A stretch of DNA of 64,000 bases from an uncultured Aliarcobacter sp. (GTDB lineage Bacteria > Campylobacterota > Campylobacteria > Campylobacterales > Arcobacteraceae), in NCBI GenBank assembly GCA_963677435.1, contig OY781945.1:1024001-1088000 (forward strand). Direction: 5' to 3'. Positions within the stretch are counted from its first letter, which is position 1; each line of letters starts with the position of its first letter. A model generated the notes under the pieces. It worked only from the letters and a program-made list of their open reading frames with translations. It did no database searches and was not told the DNA's origin. Shown one piece after another: positions 33,436 to 44,049 of this stretch. The translations under genes and the position numbers were made by a program.

Positions 33436-36291
33436 TTATAAATTACTAATATTATTTGGAAGTTTTATTATTATTTTAAGTCCATCATTCTTATTATTTG
33501 CTGTAATCTCTCCTTTGAAATGTTCAGTAATAATAATTTTACTCATATATAAACCTATACCTGTTCCTACTTTACTGCTCTTCGTAGAGAAATAAGGTTC
33601 GAAAATTTTTTCTAAAATTGATTTTTCAACTCCCTTTGCATTATCTTCAATATTTATTATTAAATACTCTTGATTTAGTTTAGAAGAAATTTTTATAAAT
33701 TTATTTTTTATCTCTTTTTCGATTAATGCATCTTTTGAATTGGTTAAAATATTCAAAATTACTTGAGATAATTCATTTTTATATCCATAATATGACATTT
33801 CTGAATCTACATCAATATTAAATTCAATTTGGTATTTATCAAATATAGGTTTTATTAAAGAATATGTAGTATTTACTAAATCTTTAATTTTGAAAAATTC
33901 TTTTTCTTTTTTTGGTTTAAAAAAATCTTGAAAGTCATCAATTGTGTGAGAAAGATAATTTATTTGTTTTTGAAAATCAGTTTTTAATTTGTCAAAAACA
34001 TCATTTGTAAGATGTCCTTTTTTATATTTAATAATCATAGTATTTACAACTAAAGAGACATTGTTTAAAGGTTGTCTCCATTGGTGTGCAATCATATTAA
34101 GAATTAATCCCATTTCTGCCAATTTTGATTGTTGAAACATTATTGTTTGATGTTTTTCATTCTTTTCTATTTCTTCTTGAACTTTTTGTTCAAGATTTAT
34201 ATTTAATCTTTTTAATTTTCTTTGGGTATTTTTTAATTCGCTAATATCTATTATTGTACTAATTCTTAGGTTTGTTCCCTCAATTTGATGTCCTTTTACT
34301 AAAGCATCAAAGGTTGTTCCATCTTTTCTTATTAAGGTTATTTCATATGGTTCTTGAGTTGATGCTAATTTTTCTCTTATTTTATTATGTTGTTGTGAAA
34401 GTACAAAGTTAAAATGAGTTTTTTCATAAATCTCATCAAAATTATCATAATTTAGAATAGTTAAAAATTGTTTATTTGCTTTTATTAATTTTCCATCTTT
34501 GAAAATTCCAATTCCTTCGATGGTTGAATTTAGCCATTCATTTAGTTCTTGATTGTGCCGTTTAAGAATTATTACAAAAGCTAAAATGAAAATCAATATA
34601 ATAATAAAAATAGTAATAACTTTCCAAATGAGACTGTTATCAATAATTGTATTATATTTTGTAATTTTCCATTTCTCTTTGATTTGCTCAATATCTTTTT
34701 TATCAATGTTTTTAAGTCCTAAATTGATAATATTTAAAAGCTCAGGTTTTGAATTAATTACACCAAAAGAACCTTTTATCGGTTTGTCTCTACCTAAAAC
34801 ACCTGAAATTTTAAATTTTCCATAACCATATTTTTGAATTACTCTATCAATTGTAATATTATCAACAATATAACCATCTATTTCGCCATTGTTTAATTTT
34901 GTCATAGCTTTTTCTACATTATCATCAACAGTAATATTTATATTAGGGTACATATCCAATAAGTATTTTTCAAATACAGTATATTTTGTAATTAGTTTTT
35001 TATCTTCTAAAAAGTGACTATCTTCCATAAATGGTTTATCTATTTTTGTAACTATTACTAAATTTGATTCTAAATAAAAATTACTTGGATTAATGATCTT
35101 ATAGTCATTTTTCGGATCTTCAACGACTATTGTTATAAGATCACATTTATTATCTATTATATTTTGAAAATGACTTTTTGTATTTTTTAATTGAATTGGT
35201 TTAATTACTAAATTAAATTGATTTGCAATTTTATTTAATATATCTCCTGAAATACCAGTGAGTTTCCCATTATCAACACCATCAATTGGGAAAAGATTAT
35301 CCTGTAAACAAACATTAATAACATTGTTATTTTTTAAATAATTGTTTTTATAATATTTTATGAGTTCTTCTTTTTCTTTCCAAATAAAGTTATCTAAGTT
35401 TATCTCTTTATATTTTTGTGGAAATAATAGAGCGATTAAATTTTTTATTTCAGTGATTTTTTCTTCTTTAAACTCTCCAAAATTTTTCCCAAATCCGCTT
35501 AATGCTTTTAAAGTATTTGCTTCATAAAGTAAAGATTCTTTAGATTTATTAAGAGAGTTATATTTTGCATATATCAAATCTATAGTTTCAGGAATATGAT
35601 TAAATGCATAATCCCAACCTTTTTTTGAGGCATTCATAAAATCGCTTACAAGTTTGGGATTATTTTTTGCAAACTCTTCAGATGTAAAAACCATATCTCC
35701 ATAAAAATCAAAACCAAACTCTTTTGGATTAAAAACATTGTATTTAACTTTCTTTTCATCAAGTGCATATTGTTGGTTTGAGATATAAGCTACCATTCCA
35801 TCTGATTTTTTAGCAACAAATTTATCTACATCAAAAAAGTGAGAGATTGGATTTACTTTAATTTTATGGGATTCTAAAATAGCTTTTATTGATATGTTTT
35901 CCAACTCATTTATTGAAAATTCAATATTTCTATTTTTTAAAGAATCTAAAGTTTTGAAATTCTCTTGTGTAATTAAAGTAATGGGTGAAGTTTGAAATAT
36001 AGGGAAAAGAGCGACAATATTTGCACCATTTAGTTTATGATAAATTAAAGATGAATCATCTATTCCAAAATTGCTTTTATTTGAAATGATTTCTTCTTGA
36101 ATATTAATATTTTTTTCAAATTCTTTAATTTGTAAATCCAATCCAGCCTCTTTATAATAACCTAACTCTTTGGCCATATAAAAACCTGCAAATTGAAATT
36201 GGTTTTTCCATTTTAATTGAATTGATATAGGTTTTAACTCATTTGAATATAAAAAATTTGTAATTATAAAAATGAATAATAAATATTTCAT
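33436..36291 (-). CDS. Sensor histidine kinase with NMT1/THI5-like and SBP_bac_3-like periplasmic domains and PAS
   Basis: LKWKNQFQFAGFYMA, FYGDMVF, MIAHQWRQPL and GTGIGLY motifs. Confidence 0.88.
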   Translation of the reverse strand: MKYLLFIFIITNFLYSNELKPISIQLKWKNQFQFAGFYMAKELGYYKEAGLDLQIKEFEKNINIQEEIISNKSNFGIDDSSLIYHKLNGANIVALFPIFQTSPITLITQENFKTLDSLKNRNIEFSINELENISIKAILESHKIKVNPISHFFDVDKFVAKKSDGMVAYISNQQYALDEKKVKYNVFNPKEFGFDFYGDMVFTSEEFAKNNPKLVSDFMNASKKGWDYAFNHIPETIDLIYAKYNSLNKSKESLLYEANTLKALSGFGKNFGEFKEEKITEIKNLIALLFPQKYKEINLDNFIWKEKEELIKYYKNNYLKNNNVINVCLQDNLFPIDGVDNGKLTGISGDILNKIANQFNLVIKPIQLKNTKSHFQNIIDNKCDLITIVVEDPKNDYKIINPSNFYLESNLVIVTKIDKPFMEDSHFLEDKKLITKYTVFEKYLLDMYPNINITVDDNVEKAMTKLNNGEIDGYIVDNITIDRVIQKYGYGKFKISGVLGRDKPIKGSFGVINSKPELLNIINLGLKNIDKKDIEQIKEKWKITKYNTIIDNSLIWKVITIFIIILIFILAFVIILKRHNQELNEWLNSTIEGIGIFKDGKLIKANKQFLTILNYDNFDEIYEKTHFNFVLSQQHNKIREKLASTQEPYEITLIRKDGTTFDALVKGHQIEGTNLRISTIIDISELKNTQRKLKRLNINLEQKVQEEIEKNEKHQTIMFQQSKLAEMGLILNMIAHQWRQPLNNVSLVVNTMIIKYKKGHLTNDVFDKLKTDFQKQINYLSHTIDDFQDFFKPKKEKEFFKIKDLVNTTYSLIKPIFDKYQIEFNIDVDSEMSYYGYKNELSQVILNILTNSKDALIEKEIKNKFIKISSKLNQEYLIINIEDNAKGVEKSILEKIFEPYFSTKSSKVGTGIGLYMSKIIITEHFKGEITANNKNDGLKIIIKLPNNISNL

Positions 36292-36449
36292 TATTTTCCT
36301 TGGGAATTATTCTTGATATTCTCTATTATAATATAATAACCTTTATAGTGATATTTTATATATAAAAATGACTATATAATGTAACAAATTTATAAGTGAA
36401 GTCATGATAAAATCTGAGTAGTCTGAGCGAAATGTAAGGAAACAACTAA

Positions 36450-37112
36450 ATGAAATATCATATTTTATTAATTGAAGATGATGAAAGTAGTGCAATATTA
36501 ATAAAAGATTTTTTAGCAGAATATGATTTTAAGGTAGATATAGCAAATAGTGTAACAACTGCAATTTCAAATATTAAGTTTGAAAATTACTCTTTGATTC
36601 TTCTTGATATAAATTTACCTGATTTTAATGGTTTTGAAGTATTGAAGTTTTTAAATAGAAATAAAATAAATATTCCAGCAATTGTAATAAGTGCATATTC
36701 TGATAAAAATACAAAACTTCAAGCTTTTAAATTTGGTGCAAATGATTATATGGTAAAACCAATTGATCCTGAAGAATTAGAAGTTAGGATTTGGGTTCAA
36801 TTAAAAAATATTTCCTCATTTACAGAAAAAATAAGTAAAAATATTTTTGTATTAGAAGAAGATGCAATCATTTTTAATGATAAACATTTAAAACTAACAA
36901 AAACAGAATTTGAAATTATGAAGTATTTAATAGAAAATAAAAATAGGGTTGTAGAGCGAGATTTTTTATTAACTTGTTTATCTTCAATAATTCAAAGTGA
37001 TAGAAGTCTTGATTATCATATAAAAAATATAAGAATTAAAATTGGTGATAATGGAGTTAATCCAAAATATTTAGTTACAGAGTATGGCGTTGGCTATAAG
37101 TTGATTTTTTAA
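36450..37112 (+). CDS. OmpR-family response regulator
   Basis: IEDDE, LLDINLP, KP and winged helix (YHIKNIRIKIG..YGVGYK). Confidence 0.92.
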   Translation: MKYHILLIEDDESSAILIKDFLAEYDFKVDIANSVTTAISNIKFENYSLILLDINLPDFNGFEVLKFLNRNKINIPAIVISAYSDKNTKLQAFKFGANDYMVKPIDPEELEVRIWVQLKNISSFTEKISKNIFVLEEDAIIFNDKHLKLTKTEFEIMKYLIENKNRVVERDFLLTCLSSIIQSDRSLDYHIKNIRIKIGDNGVNPKYLVTEYGVGYKLIF

Positions 37113-37115
37113 AAT

Positions 37116-37139
37116 AAAAGCTAGAATTAACTAGCTTTT
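37116..37139. terminator. Bidirectional terminator hairpin
   Basis: AAAAGCTAG-aattaa-CTAGCTTTT between convergent genes. Confidence 0.65.
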
Positions 37140-37339
37140 TACTTCTTGCAATTATCTTTATCACAAGTTGTGTTGATTTTTAAAGGGCAATACAATGGAC
37201 ACCATCCAATAGCAGCTGTTATTAGTGGAATTAGACCAATTACTCCAAGTAAACTATTATTCATTGCTCCCAAAATAATAATAACTGAACCTACTATAAT
37301 CCTGATAATTCTATCAATTGTTCCTATATTTTTAGTCAT
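37139..37339 (-). CDS. DUF2892 (YgaP-like) small membrane protein
   Basis: NIGTIDRIIR...GWCPLY signature. Confidence 0.85.
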   Translation of the reverse strand: MTKNIGTIDRIIRIIVGSVIIILGAMNNSLLGVIGLIPLITAAIGWCPLYCPLKINTTCDKDNCKK

Positions 37340-37387
37340 TTTAAATCCTTTCTGCTGATTTATATAATGATACTCTTATTTAGCTCT

Positions 37388-38881
37388 TTAGTTTATTCTT
37401 TCAAATTCTTTAATAATTTCATTTATATCTTCACATCCAACAGAAATACGAAGTAATTCAATAGGAAGTCCAATTTGTTTCAAAAACTCTTGACCTTTTT
37501 GTGATGTAATTAAATCATAATGTGCAAGATAAGTATAAGGCATTAAAAGTGTAAATTCAGTTCCTAAACTAGGACCCTTTGCAAAATTTAACTTATCATA
37601 TATTTTTCTAAAATCTTTTTTAAAAGTTACTGATACAATTCCTGTATATGAGTTTTCATCAATCATAAGTTTTTGATAGTTTGAAGCATATTTAGGATTT
37701 AAACAATAAAAAATCTCATCAATATAATCAGTTTCTTTAAAATATTCAACTAATTTTTTTGTATTTTCTGAGATAGTTTTTATTCTTTTTTCATAATTTT
37801 TTATCTCAAAACTAAGTCTTTGAATATCTTTTATATATGGCATGTCAGCATGTTTGAAAAATTCTTGAGAAATTGCAGAGATTTTAGAATTTTCATTTAA
37901 AATAACAGCTCCCATTAAAATATCAGCATTTCCACTTGCAAATTTTGTTAAAGATTCCACATAAATATCTGCATAAGGTTTTAAGTCCATATTAAAAGGT
38001 GTGGCAAAAGTTGCATCTATTACTAAAACAATATTATATTTTAAACATAGATTTTTTAATCTTGGTAAATCCACAGTTTGAAGCAGGGGATTTGTTGGGA
38101 TTTCTGTAATTATTGCTGAAATCGTATGACCATTTGTTTTTAGATAATCTTCAAGAAGATCAAGATTATTAATATCATAAAATATTTTATTCTCATCAAA
38201 ATAGTGCTCAACTATATTCATAGTATCTAGATATAACCAACCTAGTTGAATTAGTTTTGTTTTTCCATTTTTATTTTGAATAGTTCTTAATCCTCTTAGG
38301 GCACAATAAACTGCATTCATTCCAGAGGGAGTTAAACTAATATTCTTTTTTGGTTGAGAATAGGCATTTGCAAGAGATGAAATTACATTATCTAAAGCGA
38401 TAGTTTTATCATCTAACTCTTCTTTGTGTTTAATCTTTAATAAACCCTCATCAAATAGATAATCTTCAGCCAATCTTGAAGATAAGTTATATCCCACATG
38501 TTGAATAAACTTTAAAACTTTTTGAAGTTGCGTTGTTCCATTTTGAACTAAAATCACTCCAAAAGGCTCGTTTATTTCTATTTTATTATGAATGAAATAC
38601 TTACTACTTACGACATCAACAGCTTTTTGAGAGCTTAAAAGTACAACTTCATAGGCATTTGAAACTTTGTATTTCTCTTTTATATAAGTTGCCAAAAGTT
38701 TTAAATATGGATGCATTACAAATCTTGGATATGCACTTTTTATTTTTTCTAAAATCTCAGGAGTTTGTTCCTCATAATCAATAACATCTTGCAGTTGGGG
38801 CATAGAAACAGAAACTGCATGAATGTTATTAACTGGTAGTGTTTGGCCACAAGGAATGGGATTAAAAAGGCTTTGGTTCAT
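37388..38881 (-). CDS. PLP-dependent trans-sulfuration enzyme (cystathionine gamma-synthase-like, long form)
   Basis: PSGMNA, EIPTNPLL, ESLTKF, GPSLG and LLRISVGCE motifs. Confidence 0.8.
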   Translation of the reverse strand: MNQSLFNPIPCGQTLPVNNIHAVSVSMPQLQDVIDYEEQTPEILEKIKSAYPRFVMHPYLKLLATYIKEKYKVSNAYEVVLLSSQKAVDVVSSKYFIHNKIEINEPFGVILVQNGTTQLQKVLKFIQHVGYNLSSRLAEDYLFDEGLLKIKHKEELDDKTIALDNVISSLANAYSQPKKNISLTPSGMNAVYCALRGLRTIQNKNGKTKLIQLGWLYLDTMNIVEHYFDENKIFYDINNLDLLEDYLKTNGHTISAIITEIPTNPLLQTVDLPRLKNLCLKYNIVLVIDATFATPFNMDLKPYADIYVESLTKFASGNADILMGAVILNENSKISAISQEFFKHADMPYIKDIQRLSFEIKNYEKRIKTISENTKKLVEYFKETDYIDEIFYCLNPKYASNYQKLMIDENSYTGIVSVTFKKDFRKIYDKLNFAKGPSLGTEFTLLMPYTYLAHYDLITSQKGQEFLKQIGLPIELLRISVGCEDINEIIKEFERIN

Positions 38882-38892
38882 TTTTTCTTTTT

Positions 38893-40044
38893 CTACTTTA
38901 CTGCTTGATTTATATCTTCTATTAAATCTTCTACACTTTCTAAACCAATAGAAAATCTAACAGTACTATCACTAATTCCAATAGCTGCTAACTCTTCTTT
39001 TGAAAAAGATGCGTGAGAAATTTTTGCAGGAATTTCAACTCTACTATCCGGACTTCCAAAAGAGCATTTTTCCCCAAATATTTTTGTATTTTCTATAAAT
39101 TTTTCTGCTAATTCAACACTATTGAAATCTACACAAAAAACACCTGGAATAAATTTCATCTGTTTTTTTGCCAATTCATGTTGTGGATGAGATTCTAAAG
39201 CAGGGTGAGTCACTTTTTTTATGTAATCTTGCTCTTCAAGGAATTTTGCAATTATAATAGAGTTTTTTTCATGTTCAACCATTCGCACTTTTAGTGTTGG
39301 AATTCCAAGACTTATTAAAAATACATCCATAGGATTTTGACTTCTTCCGTGAGCATTTGCATAGTAGTGAATTTGTTGTGATAGCTCTTTAGTTTTTGCA
39401 ACAATCGCTCCTGCAACCACACTTCCATGACCTGAAATATATTTTGTAGTTGAAAATAAAGAAAAATCTGCTCCAAACTCTAAAGGTCTTTGAGAAATAA
39501 ATGTAGCAAGTGAATTATCAACTGCAAAAAGTGCATTGTATTTATGCGATAAATCAGCCACTTGTTTTAAATCTATGATTTTTAAACCTGGATTTGTTGG
39601 GCTTTCGCATAGAATTAAATCAATAGGATTAGTTGCTAAAATATGTTCTAACATTTCAAAATCTAAAAAGTCTGCAAAGTGAACAGTAATGTTATATTTT
39701 TCTTTAAAGATTTTTAATAATCTAAAAGTTCCACCATAACAATCAGCTTCTACTAAAATATGAGAATTTGCTTTTAAAACAGTTTCAAATAGTAAAGATA
39801 CACAAGCAATTCCTGTGTGTGTACAAACGCAACCAGCTCCACCTTCTACATGAGTAAATAGGTTTTCTAAAACTTCTCTTGTAGGATTATCACTTCTTGT
39901 ATAATCATAAATTTTATCGCCAGTTTGTTTTTTTAAATCAAATGTTCCAGTATTATAAATTGGAAAGTGAGAAGCACCGCTTAGATCCTCAAAAGGTGCA
40001 AAAGATGCAATATGGCATAAAGATGTTTCTATTTGTTCACTCAT
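38893..40044 (-). CDS. PLP-dependent cystathionine gamma-synthase/beta-lyase family protein
   Basis: YTRSDNPT, ESPTNP, STTKYISGH and RFSIGLE motifs; start at MSEQ behind AGGA SD. Confidence 0.85.
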   Translation of the reverse strand: MSEQIETSLCHIASFAPFEDLSGASHFPIYNTGTFDLKKQTGDKIYDYTRSDNPTREVLENLFTHVEGGAGCVCTHTGIACVSLLFETVLKANSHILVEADCYGGTFRLLKIFKEKYNITVHFADFLDFEMLEHILATNPIDLILCESPTNPGLKIIDLKQVADLSHKYNALFAVDNSLATFISQRPLEFGADFSLFSTTKYISGHGSVVAGAIVAKTKELSQQIHYYANAHGRSQNPMDVFLISLGIPTLKVRMVEHEKNSIIIAKFLEEQDYIKKVTHPALESHPQHELAKKQMKFIPGVFCVDFNSVELAEKFIENTKIFGEKCSFGSPDSRVEIPAKISHASFSKEELAAIGISDSTVRFSIGLESVEDLIEDINQAVK

Positions 40045-40164
40045 AATAATCCTAAGTTTTTTTGGAATTGTATCTAAAATCATATTAAGCCTAAAAAATT
40101 GTTTTTAATTTATTCTGAGATAAAAAATGATATAAGTATAAAATTAAAAATTTTGGAGTTAATT

Positions 40165-40329
40165 ATGAAAAAAACTATGCTATTAATTATATTAATAATT
40201 TTATTTCAAGGTTGTGCAACATGGTATGGTATAAAAAAAGATAGTAGTGATGCTTGGAAAGCAACAAAAGAGACTACATCAAAGGCATATGATTCTACAA
40301 AAGAAGCAATTCACGAAGCAACAGAATAA
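40165..40329 (+). CDS. Small lipoprotein (entericidin-like)
   Basis: GGAG SD; lipobox FQGC; CATWYGIKKD. Confidence 0.7.
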   Translation: MKKTMLLIILIILFQGCATWYGIKKDSSDAWKATKETTSKAYDSTKEAIHEATE

Positions 40330-40388
40330 AAAATTTAAGATATTTATAGTATCGATTCAAATCGGTATTAAAAATATCTTTAATAATT

Positions 40389-40919
40389 TTAACTATGTTG
40401 TTTTTGGTTAACAATTAAACTTTTATTATCTGTAATTAAAGTTAATTCTTCATCAGTAATATTACATTGTAAAGTTATACTTCTTTTAACTAAATCTTCA
40501 ATATCTTCTGGAAGTTCAAGGTGAATAACAGAAAGATTTTTAAATCTATTAATACTTTTTTCTAATTGTTTAAGCCAAGGAGTTGACAAATTTTCTTGAT
40601 AAGTATAAATAATTACTTTTTCAGATCTACCACAAGCTTTTTTGATTCTTTTTTCATCTGGTTGACCCACATCTATCCATAATTTTATATCATCACCATA
40701 ATCTTTTTCCCATAAGTCAGGCTCATCGTCTTCTGCGATACCTTTGCAAAATACTAAGTCTTCACTAGCATTTAAAATAAATGCAACAATTCGTGCCATT
40801 AAACGCAATTCAGTTTCACTAGGGTGTAAAGCTAGTGTTAAATTGTGTTCATTGTAATAGTTCGTATCCATATTAGCAATATTCAGAAATGCTTTATAGA
40901 TTGTCGATTTTGTGGACAA
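40389..40919 (-). CDS. yaeQ: YaeQ family protein
   Basis: LALHPSET..RLMAR, DEPDLW and WIDVGQPDEKRIKKACGR motifs. Confidence 0.9.
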   Translation of the reverse strand: MSTKSTIYKAFLNIANMDTNYYNEHNLTLALHPSETELRLMARIVAFILNASEDLVFCKGIAEDDEPDLWEKDYGDDIKLWIDVGQPDEKRIKKACGRSEKVIIYTYQENLSTPWLKQLEKSINRFKNLSVIHLELPEDIEDLVKRSITLQCNITDEELTLITDNKSLIVNQKQHS

Positions 40920-41127
40920 ATTAATTCCTTTTTCTTGAGTTTGGCGAATTATAGCACTTAATTATCATTACTTTTCTAAATGCAAGGAAAAGATTGGAAT
41001 ATTAGTTAAGATTATGAGAATTTGCTAGAAGAATAACAGAGAATTTCTGATTTTTATAGTTATATAGTAGGGATATCTTTTAAATATTAAATTATAATTA
41101 ATAAAAGATATATTTTTAAATAGTACC

Positions 41128-41682
41128 CTATGAATTATTTGTTATCACACTTTTTATTTTTAATGCAATTAATAGTAAAAGAGAAATTAAAGCAAAATAA
41201 AGTACTAAAAAAACTGTTGTTATACTATCAAGTATTGATAAATTTAATTTTTCATCAATTATTGATTCTATTAAAATATAAATTGTAATTGCAGGTAATA
41301 TATTCAAAATTAATATTTCCATAATATAATATAGAGGCAGTCTGTTTAAACTTAATCCTTTATCTTGATAAGTTTTTTTTAAAAAACTTATCTTTTTATT
41401 AAATTCAATTAATCTAATCATTATTAATGATAATAAGAGAATAAATGATAATGCAATTATATTGCAAATGTTAAGTTTATAATAATTGTTAAATATGGAT
41501 ATAACAATTGTCACGCAAATAGAAACTCCGAGAGTCATAGCTTTGTCATTAGAAGAACTAATAGATTCTGGATATTTTAATTGTAAATAAATATAACACA
41601 AACCAGAAATGATTATTAGCGATATAAGTATAAAAATTATATTTGATAAATGTATTCGTATATAATCATTTATGTATGGCAT
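41128..41682 (-). CDS. Hypothetical multi-pass membrane protein
   Basis: 184-aa ORF with about 5 hydrophobic segments; no recognisable motif. Confidence 0.45.
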   Translation of the reverse strand: MPYINDYIRIHLSNIIFILISLIIISGLCYIYLQLKYPESISSSNDKAMTLGVSICVTIVISIFNNYYKLNICNIIALSFILLLSLIMIRLIEFNKKISFLKKTYQDKGLSLNRLPLYYIMEILILNILPAITIYILIESIIDEKLNLSILDSITTVFLVLYFALISLLLLIALKIKSVITNNS

Positions 41683-41779
41683 GTTAATTCTAAATTGAAA
41701 AACAAATAGAAAATTTTCATTAACAAAATTACAGAAGTTTAAATAAAATATAAGATTTCCTTAAAGTAAAAGTAATACT

Positions 41780-41953
41780 TTAACTTATTTCTACTTTAAT
41801 CCATTTTAATATAATATTTTCGTCTTAAACCATAATTCTAGGACTTTAATTTTATAGATTTTGGGAATTTACCCTCACTAACTCATAACTAAATTGTGCT
41901 TTTTGCTATTCCAGTTTTTTCATTACTTCTACTATTCTCAAAAAATTGCTCAT
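41780..41953 (-). pseudogene. alpA: AlpA-family excisionase/regulator relic
   Basis: Reconstructs to MSNFLRIVEVMKKTGIAKSTI*L*VSEGKFPKSIKLSPRIMV*DENIILKWI with two frameshifts; AAGGAG SD. Confidence 0.75.
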
Positions 41954-42389
41954 TCTTTTTATTCTCCTTTCAAAGTTTAAGGGATGATTCCATCTTATCT
42001 GTTGATACTTTTCATTAAAGTATCAACAATCTAAAAGCCCACATTTCATTAAGTAGTTTAGACTTTTTTGGTATATTAGCTTTTATTATTTTTATTACTT
42101 AATTTACAAATAGAAGTATGAATTCTATTTTTATTTTTGAAGCTTGAATCATCTATTGCTTATTTTCAAAATTAATATATCTCAAAAAGCTTTAGATTTG
42201 ATGATAATTACTGGACGGTAATATTTATAAAAGAGCTGAAAGTGCCATTATATGGTGCTTTTTATGCTTCGTAAGTTTTTTTGGATTGTGTATTGTGGAA
42301 ATCTACACCATTCCAGGTTCTTCTAAAGCCTATACTTTAGGGCTTTACTTTAATTGCTATAGAATTTAAAAACTATTACCAATATAATT

Positions 42390-43271
42390 CTAAATCATTG
42401 AACTAGGTGCTACTCCAAACATTCTTGAAAATTCCCTGCTAAATTGAGAAGGACTTTCATATCCTACTTGAAATGCAATTTCATGTACTTCTTTATTTTG
42501 TAAAAGTAACAGCTGTTTTGCTTCATCAAGACGAAGTTTTTTCTGAAATTGAATTGGAGACATTGAAGTAATAGTTTTAAAGTGTTGATACAAAGAAGAT
42601 TCACTCATCTCAATATTATCTGCTAATTCTTTTATATTTAGTTTTTTATCAAAATTTTCTTTTATTAGGTTAATAGTTTGAGCAATTTTATTTGACACTG
42701 TACCTTCCATTGAAAATTTTCTAATAAAATATCCTGATTTACTTTTCAGTAAATTATAAAGAATCTCTTTAATCATAAGAGGGTATAGAAAATCAATATC
42801 TTCTTTTTCTCTTTCTAATAATTTAACTAGTCTGTAAATTGATTCATAGAATTCAATATTCATTTCATTAAAACATAAACCTTTTTCGGCTTGTGAATCA
42901 ATTGGTATTATTGGAGAATTTATATTTTTAAGTACTTCATGAATATCTTTAAGATTAAATTTTATTCTTAATGAAATATAAGGTTTTTCATTTGAGGCTT
43001 CACTTATTCTTATTCTTGCAGGTAAATGTGTTGAAGATATTAAATAATCTTTTTCATTGTAGTTATATAATTTGTTAGCAAAAATTACATCTTTAGCACC
43101 TTGGAGTATTATGCAAATTGAAGGTTCATACATAATACTTATTTGTTCTGAAAGAGTTTTAGAAAAATAAAAATCTAGATTTTGAATTTGACTTTGAAAA
43201 TCGCCTTCAAATTTATATTTAGTAATTAAACTAATCATTTCATTTCTGTATTCTTCGAAAGTGTTACTCAT
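42390..43271 (-). CDS. AraC-family regulator (YqhC-like, AraC_N domain)
   Basis: YEPSICIILQGAK, MSPIQFQK and VGYESPSQFSREFSRMFG motifs. Confidence 0.9.
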   Translation of the reverse strand: MSNTFEEYRNEMISLITKYKFEGDFQSQIQNLDFYFSKTLSEQISIMYEPSICIILQGAKDVIFANKLYNYNEKDYLISSTHLPARIRISEASNEKPYISLRIKFNLKDIHEVLKNINSPIIPIDSQAEKGLCFNEMNIEFYESIYRLVKLLEREKEDIDFLYPLMIKEILYNLLKSKSGYFIRKFSMEGTVSNKIAQTINLIKENFDKKLNIKELADNIEMSESSLYQHFKTITSMSPIQFQKKLRLDEAKQLLLLQNKEVHEIAFQVGYESPSQFSREFSRMFGVAPSSMI

Positions 43272-43584
43272 ATCTTAATCCTTTTATATATGGATAAATT
43301 ATATAAAAATATCAACAATATCGCTACCCTAAAACTCTAATATCCATGCCTAATTATCCAAATTAAAAATTCAAGATTATAAATCTGTAGAATTAGGCAT
43401 ACAGTATGGATTAATGTTCTAGTTGAATTCTTATAAATGAACTAAAATATTAAAGAATATTTATAAATTGCCAAATTTAATTATATAGAAATAAATTGAG
43501 AAAACAGATGAAAAAAATATTTTTACTGGGTTTCCTAGTGATATGTATGTCCCTTAAAGCTCAAATAAATCAAGGAGAAAAAAT

Positions 43585-44001
43585 ATGAATAATATATCAA
43601 AAATAGAATCAAGAGCATCAATAGTTGTAAGTAAATCAGATTTTAAAAACTATTTTACAGGAGCTGAGGTAAGAATAGATATGCTTTATCCCCAAAGTGA
43701 TGCAAAAACACACGGAGGTGCATATGTAACTTTTGAACCACAAGCTAGAACAAACTGGCATTCTCATCCAGCTGGGCAACATATTATAGTAACTTCTGGT
43801 GTTGGGTACTATCAAGAATGGGGAAAACCTATTCAAGTTATAAAAGCAGGAGATGTTGTTTGGGTTCCAATAAATGTAAAACATTGGCATGGAGCATCAA
43901 AAGATATAGCTATGACACATTTAGTGGTAACTGGTGCAAATCAAGATGGAAAAAATGTTGATTGGCTAGAAGCTGTTAGCGATAAACAATATAATAAATG
44001 A
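43585..44001 (+). CDS. Cupin domain protein
   Basis: VTFEPQARTNWHSHPAGQ and KHWHGA motifs. Confidence 0.88.
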   Translation: MNNISKIESRASIVVSKSDFKNYFTGAEVRIDMLYPQSDAKTHGGAYVTFEPQARTNWHSHPAGQHIIVTSGVGYYQEWGKPIQVIKAGDVVWVPINVKHWHGASKDIAMTHLVVTGANQDGKNVDWLEAVSDKQYNK

Positions 44002-44049
44002 AGATTTATTAGAATATTTAGGTTTTAAATACTACCGTTGGGAAAAATC

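Noticed and set aside
42291..42320. Possible duplicated ssrA 3' end (att site) TATTGTGGAAAT
   Set aside because: Only a short gapped resemblance to TATTGGTGGAGAT; not distinguishable from chance
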